Source: an uncultured Candidatus Poseidoniales archaeon
GTDB lineage: Archaea; Thermoplasmatota; Poseidoniia; Poseidoniales; Poseidoniaceae
Direction of reading: 5' to 3'
Assembly (NCBI GenBank): GCA_964014545.1
Contig: CAXGZX010000002.1
Location: 521-64,520 of the forward strand
DNA: 64,000 nt
This document shows positions 8,820-17,571 of the stretch, in pieces. Position 1 is the first letter of the stretch. The number at the start of each line of letters is the position of its first letter. Both the position numbers and the translations under genes were made by a program. The notes below the pieces were generated by a model, which made no database searches, had not been told where the DNA came from, and saw only the letters and a program-made list of their open reading frames with translations.

Positions 8820-11024
8820 ATGATGCAGAGGGTTAGAAAGTTAGCACACGCCAAGGCCATCACGCTAGTGCTGTTGTTTTTTTGCTCAATTTGCAGTTTG
8901 TCTGTCTACGAAACTCTAGGCTCTGATAGCCAAGAAAACAATCATGTTAAATTCTCAGAGAATAACTCCAATATTCATCAGTGGGATATTTTAACAGGCC
9001 AGTGGTACAGCATTGAGGTTTATTGTGATACTTGCACAGCTGAACTTAAGTTAGACGAAACAACATTGTCTGAAGAGTCTAGAATATTTGTTGGCCAAGT
9101 GAATGTTTCTGGAAATCTAACATTGATTATTGATAATCCAAATGGAGAAGCGATAGAAATTATTTCACTAGTTGCGCCAAATGAAACTTATCCAACTATA
9201 CGGCCTTCACCTGGAGAAATCCATCCACTAGTAGAAGTGTATGATTGTAACAGTAGCGATTCATGCATCGATCTGGAGTCAAGTTTACTTGCTACTTATG
9301 TGGGTAGTGGTGACTTAGGTGAAGAATTCTACATCAATGGTTTGCTTGATTCTGAGCAATCGGAATTTGTGAGTATTGGTGTGAATATTGGTGATACTCT
9401 AGAACTATCCATTGCTTATGCGACCTCAGATATTGATTTTGAGTTATATTTTCAAGATGAATTAAATGAATCATATTTAGGGGATATTCTATCGAGTTCT
9501 ACATCGACTAATTTCGTTGAGAATAAAAATACAGTATTTATCCCGATAAACACTACTGGTAGAATAATTATCAAAGCATCATCTGAAAACATTAACACAT
9601 TGTGGTCACTCAAAACACTAAACCACCCACCTGCAAGCACCGCTATGTGGAATTTATCAAGCCAAGATGAAATCATGGGGCACACGACAAAAACTGTAAT
9701 TATCGATACTAATGATACTACTGCCGTCATTTTGCATTCAACAAATTTAGCAACTGATTTTTCATACCATTGCTTAGTAGGGGGTAGTTGGTTATTATCA
9801 GGCGATGGAATATTAGATCCGAGCAAAGAAAACTGGCTATTTCCGTTGCCAAACTCTTCTGCTATGAGGGTGACATTTACTGGTAATGCCTTTCATTTGG
9901 TAGCACATGCTCAGACTTTTGCTGATGCTCAAAGTGGTTATGAAGCACCGTCGTTGCCACCAATGAGAATTAGCACAGATAATACTTCTTGGCCGACTAT
10001 TGATTTAACAGAAACCACAACTTACGGGGAATTCACTACCTCTATTGGCGACACATCAGACGTATACAAAATTGAAATTGATGCTTGGGAAGATTCAGTT
10101 CACTTTGTCAAATTTGAAATTGAAGGGGATATTGAATCACTAGAAGTGGAAATGATCGCTAAAGACTCGGCAGATTGGTCAGAAATTGAATCAAAAACTA
10201 AAACAGTCGTCTTTGGAAAATTACAAGTTGCTATGGAATTGCCAAGAGGCACTCACTTTTTCCGTATTTCATTAATTAACTACACCGATAATATTGATTG
10301 GGGCAATTACACACCATCAATCGAATATACAGTACTGACCACTTATCAACTAGTAGATGAGGGTGAAGAACCATGGTTCCCACCAGATGAAAACGCAGAA
10401 AAATGGGGTTCTATTGCAAGATGGATCTTAGGATTTTTGTTCCTAATGCCAGCGATATATGTGCTAATTAGTGTACAGAAGAAAAAGTCATTTGCTCAGC
10501 GAATAAAGTCAAAAAAACAACGATTGAATTGGTTGAAATTACAACTTGACAAAGGAGTAAGTCCTAAACAAAATCGCCGATTATTGGCAAAATCACTTGA
10601 AGCGGTGTCGATATTAGATTGGGAAGACGCTTGCGAAACGTGGGGTGAGGCAGATGTAACTTATCGAACAGAAAATGTCGCTATCGCGGCATGGAAACTT
10701 GATCCAAGATTGGTAAAAAATGATGGATCATGGCCGATAATGATCGGTGTTTACATCATTAAGGGAGCCTGGGAAATATCTGCTCTTCGACTTGACTCGC
10801 CAAAAGGTCAAGCGTGGAATATTGATTCTGTAACTCCAAGATTCCTGTTTTCTGGTGATGAAATATTCTTGGATTCGATGAATGTTGGTAACAAAACCTT
10901 TGTTTCTGTCGAACTAAGTGGGACTGCGACATCAGTAGATATAGAATTGAATGGAAGAATGGATGGTGAACCTGGTGCCGCTAGAGTCGCCCAGACATTA
11001 TACCGAGTTAACGAAGAAGAGTGA
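8820..11024 (+). CDS. Bitopic surface protein with cytoplasmic C-terminal domain (function unknown)
   Basis: Signal/anchor (AITLVLLFFCSICSLSVY), a sequon-rich ectodomain of about 520 aa, a TM helix (WILGFLFLMPAIYVLISV), then a basic cytoplasmic domain of about 190 aa. Confidence 0.5.
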   Translation: MMQRVRKLAHAKAITLVLLFFCSICSLSVYETLGSDSQENNHVKFSENNSNIHQWDILTGQWYSIEVYCDTCTAELKLDETTLSEESRIFVGQVNVSGNLTLIIDNPNGEAIEIISLVAPNETYPTIRPSPGEIHPLVEVYDCNSSDSCIDLESSLLATYVGSGDLGEEFYINGLLDSEQSEFVSIGVNIGDTLELSIAYATSDIDFELYFQDELNESYLGDILSSSTSTNFVENKNTVFIPINTTGRIIIKASSENINTLWSLKTLNHPPASTAMWNLSSQDEIMGHTTKTVIIDTNDTTAVILHSTNLATDFSYHCLVGGSWLLSGDGILDPSKENWLFPLPNSSAMRVTFTGNAFHLVAHAQTFADAQSGYEAPSLPPMRISTDNTSWPTIDLTETTTYGEFTTSIGDTSDVYKIEIDAWEDSVHFVKFEIEGDIESLEVEMIAKDSADWSEIESKTKTVVFGKLQVAMELPRGTHFFRISLINYTDNIDWGNYTPSIEYTVLTTYQLVDEGEEPWFPPDENAEKWGSIARWILGFLFLMPAIYVLISVQKKKSFAQRIKSKKQRLNWLKLQLDKGVSPKQNRRLLAKSLEAVSILDWEDACETWGEADVTYRTENVAIAAWKLDPRLVKNDGSWPIMIGVYIIKGAWEISALRLDSPKGQAWNIDSVTPRFLFSGDEIFLDSMNVGNKTFVSVELSGTATSVDIELNGRMDGEPGAARVAQTLYRVNEEE

Positions 11025-11028
11025 GATC

Positions 11029-12150
11029 TTATTGGCGTCTTTCTTTAGCATCCTTAACGACACGTTCTTCCAATTCGTCTTGAGAAATTTCAACGTCCAT
11101 TTGCTTAACTAACTTCATGTCTGCTTTACTAATTTTTTTGGGTAAATGTAACTTTACCAATACCACAACGTCACCTCTGCCAGAACCTCTTATTCTAGGC
11201 AAACCCTTACCGCGAACTTCTATTGTTTTACCCGAGTTAGTCATTTTTGGTATCGAAATTTTTAGGTCTGAGCCATCGATATGGGGCAAAGTGATTGTCG
11301 TTCCAGTAACTAAATCAGCATACAGTAATGGTAAAGACATAATTAAATCTGAACCTGAACGTTCAAACCAAGGATGCTCTTCAACTTCAAGTTCAATAAA
11401 TAGATCACCGTTCTCGCCTTTTCCTCGATGCGCAGGTTCTCCCTTGCCTCGCATTCTTAGCCTTGTTCCGTCTTCAGCACCTCGAGGAACATTGAAGCGT
11501 AATTTGGTTTCCTTTATCTCTTGACCAGAACCATTACATGATTTGCATTTTGTCTTGATTAATTGACCCACACCCGAACAAGTTGGACAATCTCTGATTA
11601 CATCTTGAACGAAAGGACCAACTTGCTGACGTGCTCTAATTTTACCTTGACCACCACAATTACTGCAGGAAATGATGTCCCCATCTTCCGCACCAGTTCC
11701 ATTGCAAGGCTCACACTTTGTCGGCAAATCTATGACTAATTCTTCACTAGTTCCTTCAAACACTGATTCAATGGTTATTGAATATCTCACAATTACGTCA
11801 TTACCACGGTTTCGTGACCTGCGTCCTCCACCACCAAAAAAACTGGAGAAGAAATCTCCTCCAAGTATGTCATCTAAATTGATGTTGAATGAACCACCAC
11901 CAAAACCACCAAACGGCGAACCACTAGGACCATTATGCCCGTAGCGGTCATACATTTGCCGCTTTTCTGAATCAGAAAGAACTGCGTATGCTTCTTGGAT
12001 TTCCTTAAATTTATCCTCAGCATCTTCTTCTGTACTTCGGTCAGGATGATACTTTCTTGCTAGACTTCGAAAGGCATTCTTCAGCTCTTTATCGCCTGCA
12101 GATTTATCAACACCGAGTACTTCGTAATAATCACGTTTCTCAGACATCAA
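11029..12150 (-). CDS. dnaJ: Chaperone DnaJ (Hsp40, type I)
   Basis: J domain DYYEVLGVDKSAGDKELKNAFRSLARKYHPDR, a G/F-rich linker, and four CxxCxGxG zinc-finger repeats (CEPCNGTG, CSNCGGQG, CPTCSGVG, CKSCNGSG). Confidence 0.92.
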   Translation of the reverse strand: MMSEKRDYYEVLGVDKSAGDKELKNAFRSLARKYHPDRSTEEDAEDKFKEIQEAYAVLSDSEKRQMYDRYGHNGPSGSPFGGFGGGSFNINLDDILGGDFFSSFFGGGGRRSRNRGNDVIVRYSITIESVFEGTSEELVIDLPTKCEPCNGTGAEDGDIISCSNCGGQGKIRARQQVGPFVQDVIRDCPTCSGVGQLIKTKCKSCNGSGQEIKETKLRFNVPRGAEDGTRLRMRGKGEPAHRGKGENGDLFIELEVEEHPWFERSGSDLIMSLPLLYADLVTGTTITLPHIDGSDLKISIPKMTNSGKTIEVRGKGLPRIRGSGRGDVVVLVKLHLPKKISKADMKLVKQMDVEISQDELEERVVKDAKERRQ

Positions 12151-12209
12151 AATCCCCCTTCATGCTACCGGATAACACAATGTCTTTCAATATCTCGGAT
12201 AAAATTTGG

Positions 12210-13175
12210 TCAAATAACATCAAGACCACAATTATCGCAAAACCTGTCACCAGATTTGACAGGATAATTACAGCCCCGACATCGGGGTTGTTGAACACTT
12301 GCTGGGGCAGCAAATTTCTGCTGATTGCTACTCGGCAGCATAGCCATGGATTCGATTGATTGATTGGAGTTATTGCCAACATTTGGTGGCGCAAAAGCAG
12401 AATAATTTTTCTTTACTAAAGCAGGTGCTTTTTGAGGTATCGACTGTTCCGCCATTTCTGGAGTTTCTGATTCTATATTTTCCGAATATGAAACTTCAGA
12501 ATCGGGTTCAATAGAGACTTCATTGCGCTCATACTGAATTGGAGCTTGTGGTTTCACCGCTTTTACCGGAGCGGCTTCAGCCGCTGCATTAAGAGCTGCC
12601 ATCCTTTTTTCCTCTCTTGATTCAACAGAAGAATTTCCGCGGAATAAACCAGATATAACATCGAGAAACTTATCCATTGGACTTGCTTTCCTAGTAGCCC
12701 CAATAGTTGCCGTAATCTCTTGCTCATCAAACGTCGATTTGCCTGAAACACGCCTAGTTGCTTCAACAATCGTTTTTGATTCATTTAGCATATCAACATC
12801 TACTTTATTTTCATCAGACAATTCCATTTCAGGTGACTCTGTAGATATTTGAGAGACATTTCTGGTTAAATTTGTTGAATCATCTAATCTCTCAGATAGT
12901 TCTGCGTTACTTTGCCAAACTCCAGCCTCTTCTGCAGCATATGTTTTCTTCATTTTTTTCATTACTTTAGAACGACGATATTCATAATCCTTAACTGTAT
13001 TAGATCTGCGATAGATGAAAATACCAACTAGCGTCCCAAGTAGGTAATAGGGTACCATCAATAATGGTTCAATTTTGAATACATCTCGAAGGGGAGTAAC
13101 AATCACATGAAAAAATCCCAATAACAATATTGGCAGGACAGATACACTTTGCGAACTAAGTGACTTTTCTACCAT
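12210..13175 (-). CDS. Membrane protein with C-terminal zinc ribbon (function unknown)
   Basis: GAGGTGA lies 5 nt before ATG 13175; the longer ORF from 13238 would overlap the GT2 gene. N-terminal TM helices, a long low-complexity linker, and a terminal CRGC-x10-CDNC ribbon. Confidence 0.5.
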   Translation of the reverse strand: MVEKSLSSQSVSVLPILLLGFFHVIVTPLRDVFKIEPLLMVPYYLLGTLVGIFIYRRSNTVKDYEYRRSKVMKKMKKTYAAEEAGVWQSNAELSERLDDSTNLTRNVSQISTESPEMELSDENKVDVDMLNESKTIVEATRRVSGKSTFDEQEITATIGATRKASPMDKFLDVISGLFRGNSSVESREEKRMAALNAAAEAAPVKAVKPQAPIQYERNEVSIEPDSEVSYSENIESETPEMAEQSIPQKAPALVKKNYSAFAPPNVGNNSNQSIESMAMLPSSNQQKFAAPASVQQPRCRGCNYPVKSGDRFCDNCGLDVI

Positions 13176-13203
13176 TGTACTCACCTCTTGAAATTGGGCA
13201 TTG

Positions 13204-14256
13204 TTATTGTAAGTTCCCGTTATTTGATTCTCTATCATTGAAAGAACTAGGTTTACCGATTATTCCGTAAACTAAACCAAGTGAAAACATTGTATGAAGT
13301 AAAAATATGCAGATTGGCAGACCTACGAGTAATGATAGCCTTCGCTTTAGGAAGACTAATCTTAGTGATTCTAACAATAATACAGCGCCATATAGTGTGG
13401 CTGGAACATACCAGAATTGGTTAGATTTTACCAATAAGATAAATGTCAATATGACTCCAAACCATGGGAGTATTTCCCTTACGCTAAACCTTTTAGGGTG
13501 TTTCCTAACAATTCGGGTCCGCCAATAACCATATCTAAAACCCATCTTAGACCAACTCTTCAAAGATTTACGCTTTGTCATATTAACCTCTACTAAATCT
13601 GTTTTGAATAGCAAGAACCCTGCATCAATCATTCGCATTGACAGGTCACTATCTTGGCTAGTGATAAAGTCTGTATCCCAACCACCAATCTGCTCAATTG
13701 CTGTACGGCTATGGAGACAGAATGCGGGAACAGAGGTTTGCACTGTACCTGTAAAATTATCAAATTGACCCGAACCGCTACCAAACGGAGAAAGTAGTGC
13801 TCCTTCAACCCATGATTCTACTAATTCTAACTGTCCCAAACGGGATGAAACTTTACACCCAAGTGCACCAATTGGTTGCTCATTGACAGATTCTAATCTC
13901 GCCATTTCCTCTAGTAATATCGCAATATGATTCTCCTTTACTGTACAGTGACCGATTATTTCCAAAAAATATTTCACTGAATTGGGAACTAAATCCATGG
14001 CCAAATTTCTCGCTTCTGCAACGTATTTACCATCATTTTTGGCAAGTATTATTTGAGGACCTTCGGTGTTTTGTTCAATGAAATGTTCAATGAGTTTGAC
14101 AGATTGATCTGTTGATCCTCCATCTAAAACAATGACGATATGTTGGTCAATAGAAACAGTTTGATTAACTAGTGAACTAAGACACGCAATGATACTATCT
14201 TGCTCATTAAGTATCGGTATTACTGTTGCCACTAAAGGATTAGTTGCTCCAGTCAT
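13204..14256 (-). CDS. Family 2 glycosyltransferase with C-terminal membrane domain
   Basis: VIPILNEQDSIIACLSSLVNQT...IVIVLDGGSTDQS (GT-A/GT2 N-terminal signature), then ITSQDSDLSMR, then several C-terminal TM helices. Confidence 0.8.
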   Translation of the reverse strand: MTGATNPLVATVIPILNEQDSIIACLSSLVNQTVSIDQHIVIVLDGGSTDQSVKLIEHFIEQNTEGPQIILAKNDGKYVAEARNLAMDLVPNSVKYFLEIIGHCTVKENHIAILLEEMARLESVNEQPIGALGCKVSSRLGQLELVESWVEGALLSPFGSGSGQFDNFTGTVQTSVPAFCLHSRTAIEQIGGWDTDFITSQDSDLSMRMIDAGFLLFKTDLVEVNMTKRKSLKSWSKMGFRYGYWRTRIVRKHPKRFSVREILPWFGVILTFILLVKSNQFWYVPATLYGAVLLLESLRLVFLKRRLSLLVGLPICIFLLHTMFSLGLVYGIIGKPSSFNDRESNNGNLQ

Positions 14257-14326
14257 GTCAGTGGATTAGTGTGGACGATTTCATACTTACTCGTAATTTT
14301 AAACAAATGAACAGTTTGAAGAGGAA

Positions 14327-14857
14327 TTGTCCACTAGCCGTGATGTGTCAGTACCACGCGTTATGTTGAATGGCCTAGATGAGGGAATCGAAGTCATAAT
14401 TTCAACAACAATATCAGGTGCTGAGTCACCAACCCTTGTTCTTGAGAGTGTGCAGAATATTTTTCCAGATTTTACTGCTGATGAATTTGCTGAGCCAACA
14501 TTTGGTGTTGCTAATAAATATCAATGGATAAATGAACAAATTTCCTTGAATAATTTCCTTCAAATGGTTCACAAACAAGCCATTTTGGATACTGCTCTAG
14601 ATGTAATGAGTTTGAAGCTGGAAAACCATCAAACTAGTTTCCAATTACTAAGGCAAGCAAGTATTGCCAATAAAATAGCATTTAATCTAGAACAAGGTAA
14701 TCCACTAGGTGGAGTAATCAATGTTGAACTGAAAGGGGAGAATCTAGCAGACTGGCTTGAAGCAGCAACCTGGCACAAAGGACGAGACGCCGTACCAAAA
14801 AGAATCAATGATGAACGTCAAATGGATTTAGACGGTGAAGCTTCTACTTGGATTTGA
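14327..14857 (+). CDS. Hypothetical protein, possibly UPF0201-like RNA-binding fold
   Basis: IEVIISTTISGAESPTLVLESVQNIFPDF resembles the N-terminal pattern of archaeal UPF0201 proteins. This is a weak call. The start is uncertain (TTG 14327, GTG 14345 or ATG 14363). Confidence 0.3.
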   Translation: MSTSRDVSVPRVMLNGLDEGIEVIISTTISGAESPTLVLESVQNIFPDFTADEFAEPTFGVANKYQWINEQISLNNFLQMVHKQAILDTALDVMSLKLENHQTSFQLLRQASIANKIAFNLEQGNPLGGVINVELKGENLADWLEAATWHKGRDAVPKRINDERQMDLDGEASTWI

Positions 14858-15863
14858 GAGTCCTTAGAACTTCTAGAGCTGCATCCTTGTCTGCTCCCAA
14901 TAACTCGATATCTTCGATACTATCAAACCATGATATTTTGTCATGTGAAGTCCATTCATCATCATTACTATAACGATTATTTGACTGCAAAATAAGTTGC
15001 ATAATCTGCAAATCAACACATAATTCGTCATATTCAAAATACCAATTACCAAAGTTTGAACAGTCAACTACATCCCAATTAAACTCCTCTTTTATCTCTC
15101 TAGTTATTGCCTCTTCAAGTGACTCATTAGCCTCAACTTTACCGCCAGGGAATTCCCATTTACCAGGCATTTTTGAAGAGCGATTACGACGGGCTAACAG
15201 CATTTTTTTGTTATCGGTGATTAAGCCACCAACTACTTCAATGACCGGTTTGAAAAAAAGCCTACTAATTACTTGATATAATGATGCGAGAGATTCTTCT
15301 GCGGAGATATACTGCTCACTTGGCAGATGGATAAAACAACATGGAATCTGATTTTTTAAACCTTTAACTGCTAACTTAGACAAGGTTTGGTAATATGTCT
15401 CATTACAAATAAAACTACCAGCATCGTTTGATTTGCTTATATGTTTGATTGGTGGATAAGATAATCGTTGTATCACAGAATCATTGGCATGGAGATCGTG
15501 GTCACCCAGACTAACATCATTAACCATGCGCCCAGAATTATCGCGAATTCTCATATCAAGATTATTTTTAGCTGTGGTCTCGAGTCTGATTTTATTACAT
15601 GAGTCACACAAACCAAGATGTATTATTGCGTCCCAAATTTCACCATCATCCAATCTCTTGGCAATCGCGTTACTGCCATCATTATCTACCGTTAAAATAA
15701 TTTTTTCAACATAAATTTGTTGATCTTGAAGTTTGGTATTTCGCAAGCCTCTCCATGGATCAAAGACGGTAACTATTTCTGGTACTTTTGCCAGTACATC
15801 CTTGGAAATATTGGAATTATGGTTACCGAATGGTTCGAATCCAGTGACCAATATTCGTCCCAT
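14844..15863 (-). CDS. Fusion protein: pyroglutamyl peptidase I (C15) + NUDIX (MutT-like) hydrolase
   Basis: aa 1 to ~205: ILVTGFEPFG, catalytic Cys context DAGSFICNETYY, His context CFIHLP. aa ~205-339: NUDIX box GGKVEANESLEEAITREIKEEF preceded by MPGKWEFPGG. Confidence 0.75.
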   Translation of the reverse strand: MGRILVTGFEPFGNHNSNISKDVLAKVPEIVTVFDPWRGLRNTKLQDQQIYVEKIILTVDNDGSNAIAKRLDDGEIWDAIIHLGLCDSCNKIRLETTAKNNLDMRIRDNSGRMVNDVSLGDHDLHANDSVIQRLSYPPIKHISKSNDAGSFICNETYYQTLSKLAVKGLKNQIPCCFIHLPSEQYISAEESLASLYQVISRLFFKPVIEVVGGLITDNKKMLLARRNRSSKMPGKWEFPGGKVEANESLEEAITREIKEEFNWDVVDCSNFGNWYFEYDELCVDLQIMQLILQSNNRYSNDDEWTSHDKISWFDSIEDIELLGADKDAALEVLRTLKSK

Positions 15864-15956
15864 GAAACCCCCAATCAGTGCTTACTTTTGACCTGTTCGT
15901 GTTCATTTATGGGTTATATTGACATGCAATTAGCATTTGGTGGTAATTGAGCCACT

Positions 15957-16298
15957 ATGAATGATTCTCAATTTGTCAAAATTGAAGATAAACCTGAGGA
16001 GGGTGTTACTGGCCTCAAGATTTTCCGCCAGATTTGGAAAGAAATGACGTTAGGAGTTGGTTTTTGGGGAGCATTGCGGCCTTTGTTAGCTGCAATTATG
16101 GCTGCTGTTCCTTTCTTCTTTATCGGGCAACATTTCAATAGAAAGCATCAGAAAGCCTTTGACTGGACATTACTACAAATTCCGCTGGCTTTGACAGTAG
16201 TATTGTGGTTTGTTCTGTGGTTCTACTCGATATTTGACGCTTGGAGAGAGGCAACTAGATTCGTTGCGGAAAAAAATAATCAATTTGTCCACAATTGA
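15957..16298 (+). CDS. Small membrane protein (function unknown)
   Basis: 113-aa ORF with two or three hydrophobic helices (ALRPLLAAIMAAVPFFFIG, LQIPLALTVVLWFVLWFYSIF). Confidence 0.4.
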   Translation: MNDSQFVKIEDKPEEGVTGLKIFRQIWKEMTLGVGFWGALRPLLAAIMAAVPFFFIGQHFNRKHQKAFDWTLLQIPLALTVVLWFVLWFYSIFDAWREATRFVAEKNNQFVHN

Positions 16299-17065
16299 TA
16301 ATCGGTTTCGATTTCACCGCTTAACATACCTGCAAGATCATTGAGGTCATCAGCATCAAAATCATCGGGCAGTTGACCTGTTATGATGTTGCCAATATTG
16401 GCTGACTCGATGGCCCAATACATTACTGAATCTTCGTTATTTGAATGGCCCTTATGTTCTTCATCCTCATGGTCTACCGGTGATTGATAAACTAAGTTAA
16501 CCAGTCCAAGTAGGTGGCCAAATTCATGAACTAGCACGCTATTTTCAATCTCTTCAGCCGACGGACGATTGAAAATTGGACCTTCCGCATCATCAACGCT
16601 TTCACCAAAAATGGCAACTGTTGATGCATCTACCGCGACGCCGAGAACACCGTCATTAGCATATTGACCAGATGGGAAAATTGCTTGCCAATAAAGCGTT
16701 GAGCCAGTTTGTGGATCTTCTGACTTTTCATCCCAACTTTTGTCTCTTACATCGCTTGAGGACCATTGACCTTCATGCTCAAAATTAGTTTCTGTAAGAA
16801 GTATTTCGACACCTTGTGGCTTATTGCATACCTGTTCTAGACGAGTTTTTAGCAACTCTGTGGAACTTTGCTCTGGCATGTAACCAGCTTCATAATCAAT
16901 CTCTACAACTAGAGAGGTATATTTGGCATCACTAAGACAAGCAAGGGTTAATCCTCCAGGTATTCCTTTTTCTACATATGTAGAATCATTACCGAAGCAA
17001 CCAGAAAGACCGGCACTAACCACGAGCATAACAAGTAGTACAGAGATAGAATATTTGCCTGCCAT
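16280..17065 (-). CDS. Secreted zinc metalloprotease lipoprotein (metzincin-like)
   Basis: Signal with lipobox (VVSAGLSGC), the zinc site VLVHEFGHLLGL, and a downstream Met-turn-like DSVMYW. ATG 17065 is preferred over the TTG-initiated extension to 17125. Confidence 0.65.
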   Translation of the reverse strand: MAGKYSISVLLVMLVVSAGLSGCFGNDSTYVEKGIPGGLTLACLSDAKYTSLVVEIDYEAGYMPEQSSTELLKTRLEQVCNKPQGVEILLTETNFEHEGQWSSSDVRDKSWDEKSEDPQTGSTLYWQAIFPSGQYANDGVLGVAVDASTVAIFGESVDDAEGPIFNRPSAEEIENSVLVHEFGHLLGLVNLVYQSPVDHEDEEHKGHSNNEDSVMYWAIESANIGNIITGQLPDDFDADDLNDLAGMLSGEIETDYQLWTN

Positions 17066-17089
17066 GAAATCGCCTAAAATGTCATTGTT

Positions 17090-17099
17090 AAAAAAAAAA
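17090..17099 (-). terminator. T10 tract between two minus-strand genes (oligo-T terminator and/or A/T-rich promoter element)
   Basis: On the minus strand, TGA CAA TTTTTTTTTT follows the stop of the 17103-17546 gene and ends 24 nt before ATG 17065. Oligo-T tracts act as archaeal terminators, but the spacing also fits a TATA-like element for a near-leaderless transcript. Confidence 0.3.
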
Positions 17100-17102
17100 T
17101 TG

Positions 17103-17546
17103 TCACCAATCTTCTGGAATCTCAAAAGGAGAAAAAAGTTGACCTGGCGATGTGATGTTAGATAACTGGCTTCTTGCTAAATGTTCCCACATTCTTAGGG
17201 CGGAAATTCCGTCGGTAAGGATCATTTCTGTTTCTACCATAGTCACTCTGATTAGAGTCATCAAGATATCCATCCTATCTTCATCAACAACAGATAAAAT
17301 TTTATCGACACTTAGCGAAGATGCTACATCATCATTAATTGGTTTTCTAATCGGCCACTGATGTTTTAACTTCTCTGGAATTTCACTGTTGGTATTAGAT
17401 GCATGTTCATTTAGCGATGTAAGCATTGGTGAAAGCATGTTTTGTATAACTATACTTACTTCAACTAAGGGCATGTTAAGTTGTTTTATCAAATTAACAA
17501 CACGTTCTTGAAGAGTCACCAAACCCTCTACGGCATCATCTGACAT
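17103..17546 (-). CDS. Hypothetical cytoplasmic protein
   Basis: The ORF has GGTGG 4 nt before ATG 17546. The longer form from 17594 would overlap the giant upstream gene. No motif recognised. Confidence 0.4.
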   Translation of the reverse strand: MSDDAVEGLVTLQERVVNLIKQLNMPLVEVSIVIQNMLSPMLTSLNEHASNTNSEIPEKLKHQWPIRKPINDDVASSLSVDKILSVVDEDRMDILMTLIRVTMVETEMILTDGISALRMWEHLARSQLSNITSPGQLFSPFEIPEDW

Positions 17547-17571
17547 AATTCCACCAACTTTAGTAGCCGTC

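Noticed and set aside
12057-12394. Small ORFs 12057-12359 (+) and 12140-12394 (-) around the dnaJ start.
   Set aside because: They overlap the confident dnaJ 5' end and the zinc-ribbon gene 3' end in other frames. They show no motifs and have Cys/Leu-rich shadow composition.
17065-17125. N-terminal ORF extensions starting at TTG or other upstream codons (771, 17125, 23364, 30654, 54248, and similarly 6899, 13238, 17594, 52729 and 62484).
   Set aside because: In most of these cases a downstream in-frame ATG is preceded by a GGTG/GAGG-type SD at 4-11 nt. In every case that ATG yields a sensible N terminus (a signal peptide or a conserved start) and removes overlap with the neighbouring gene.
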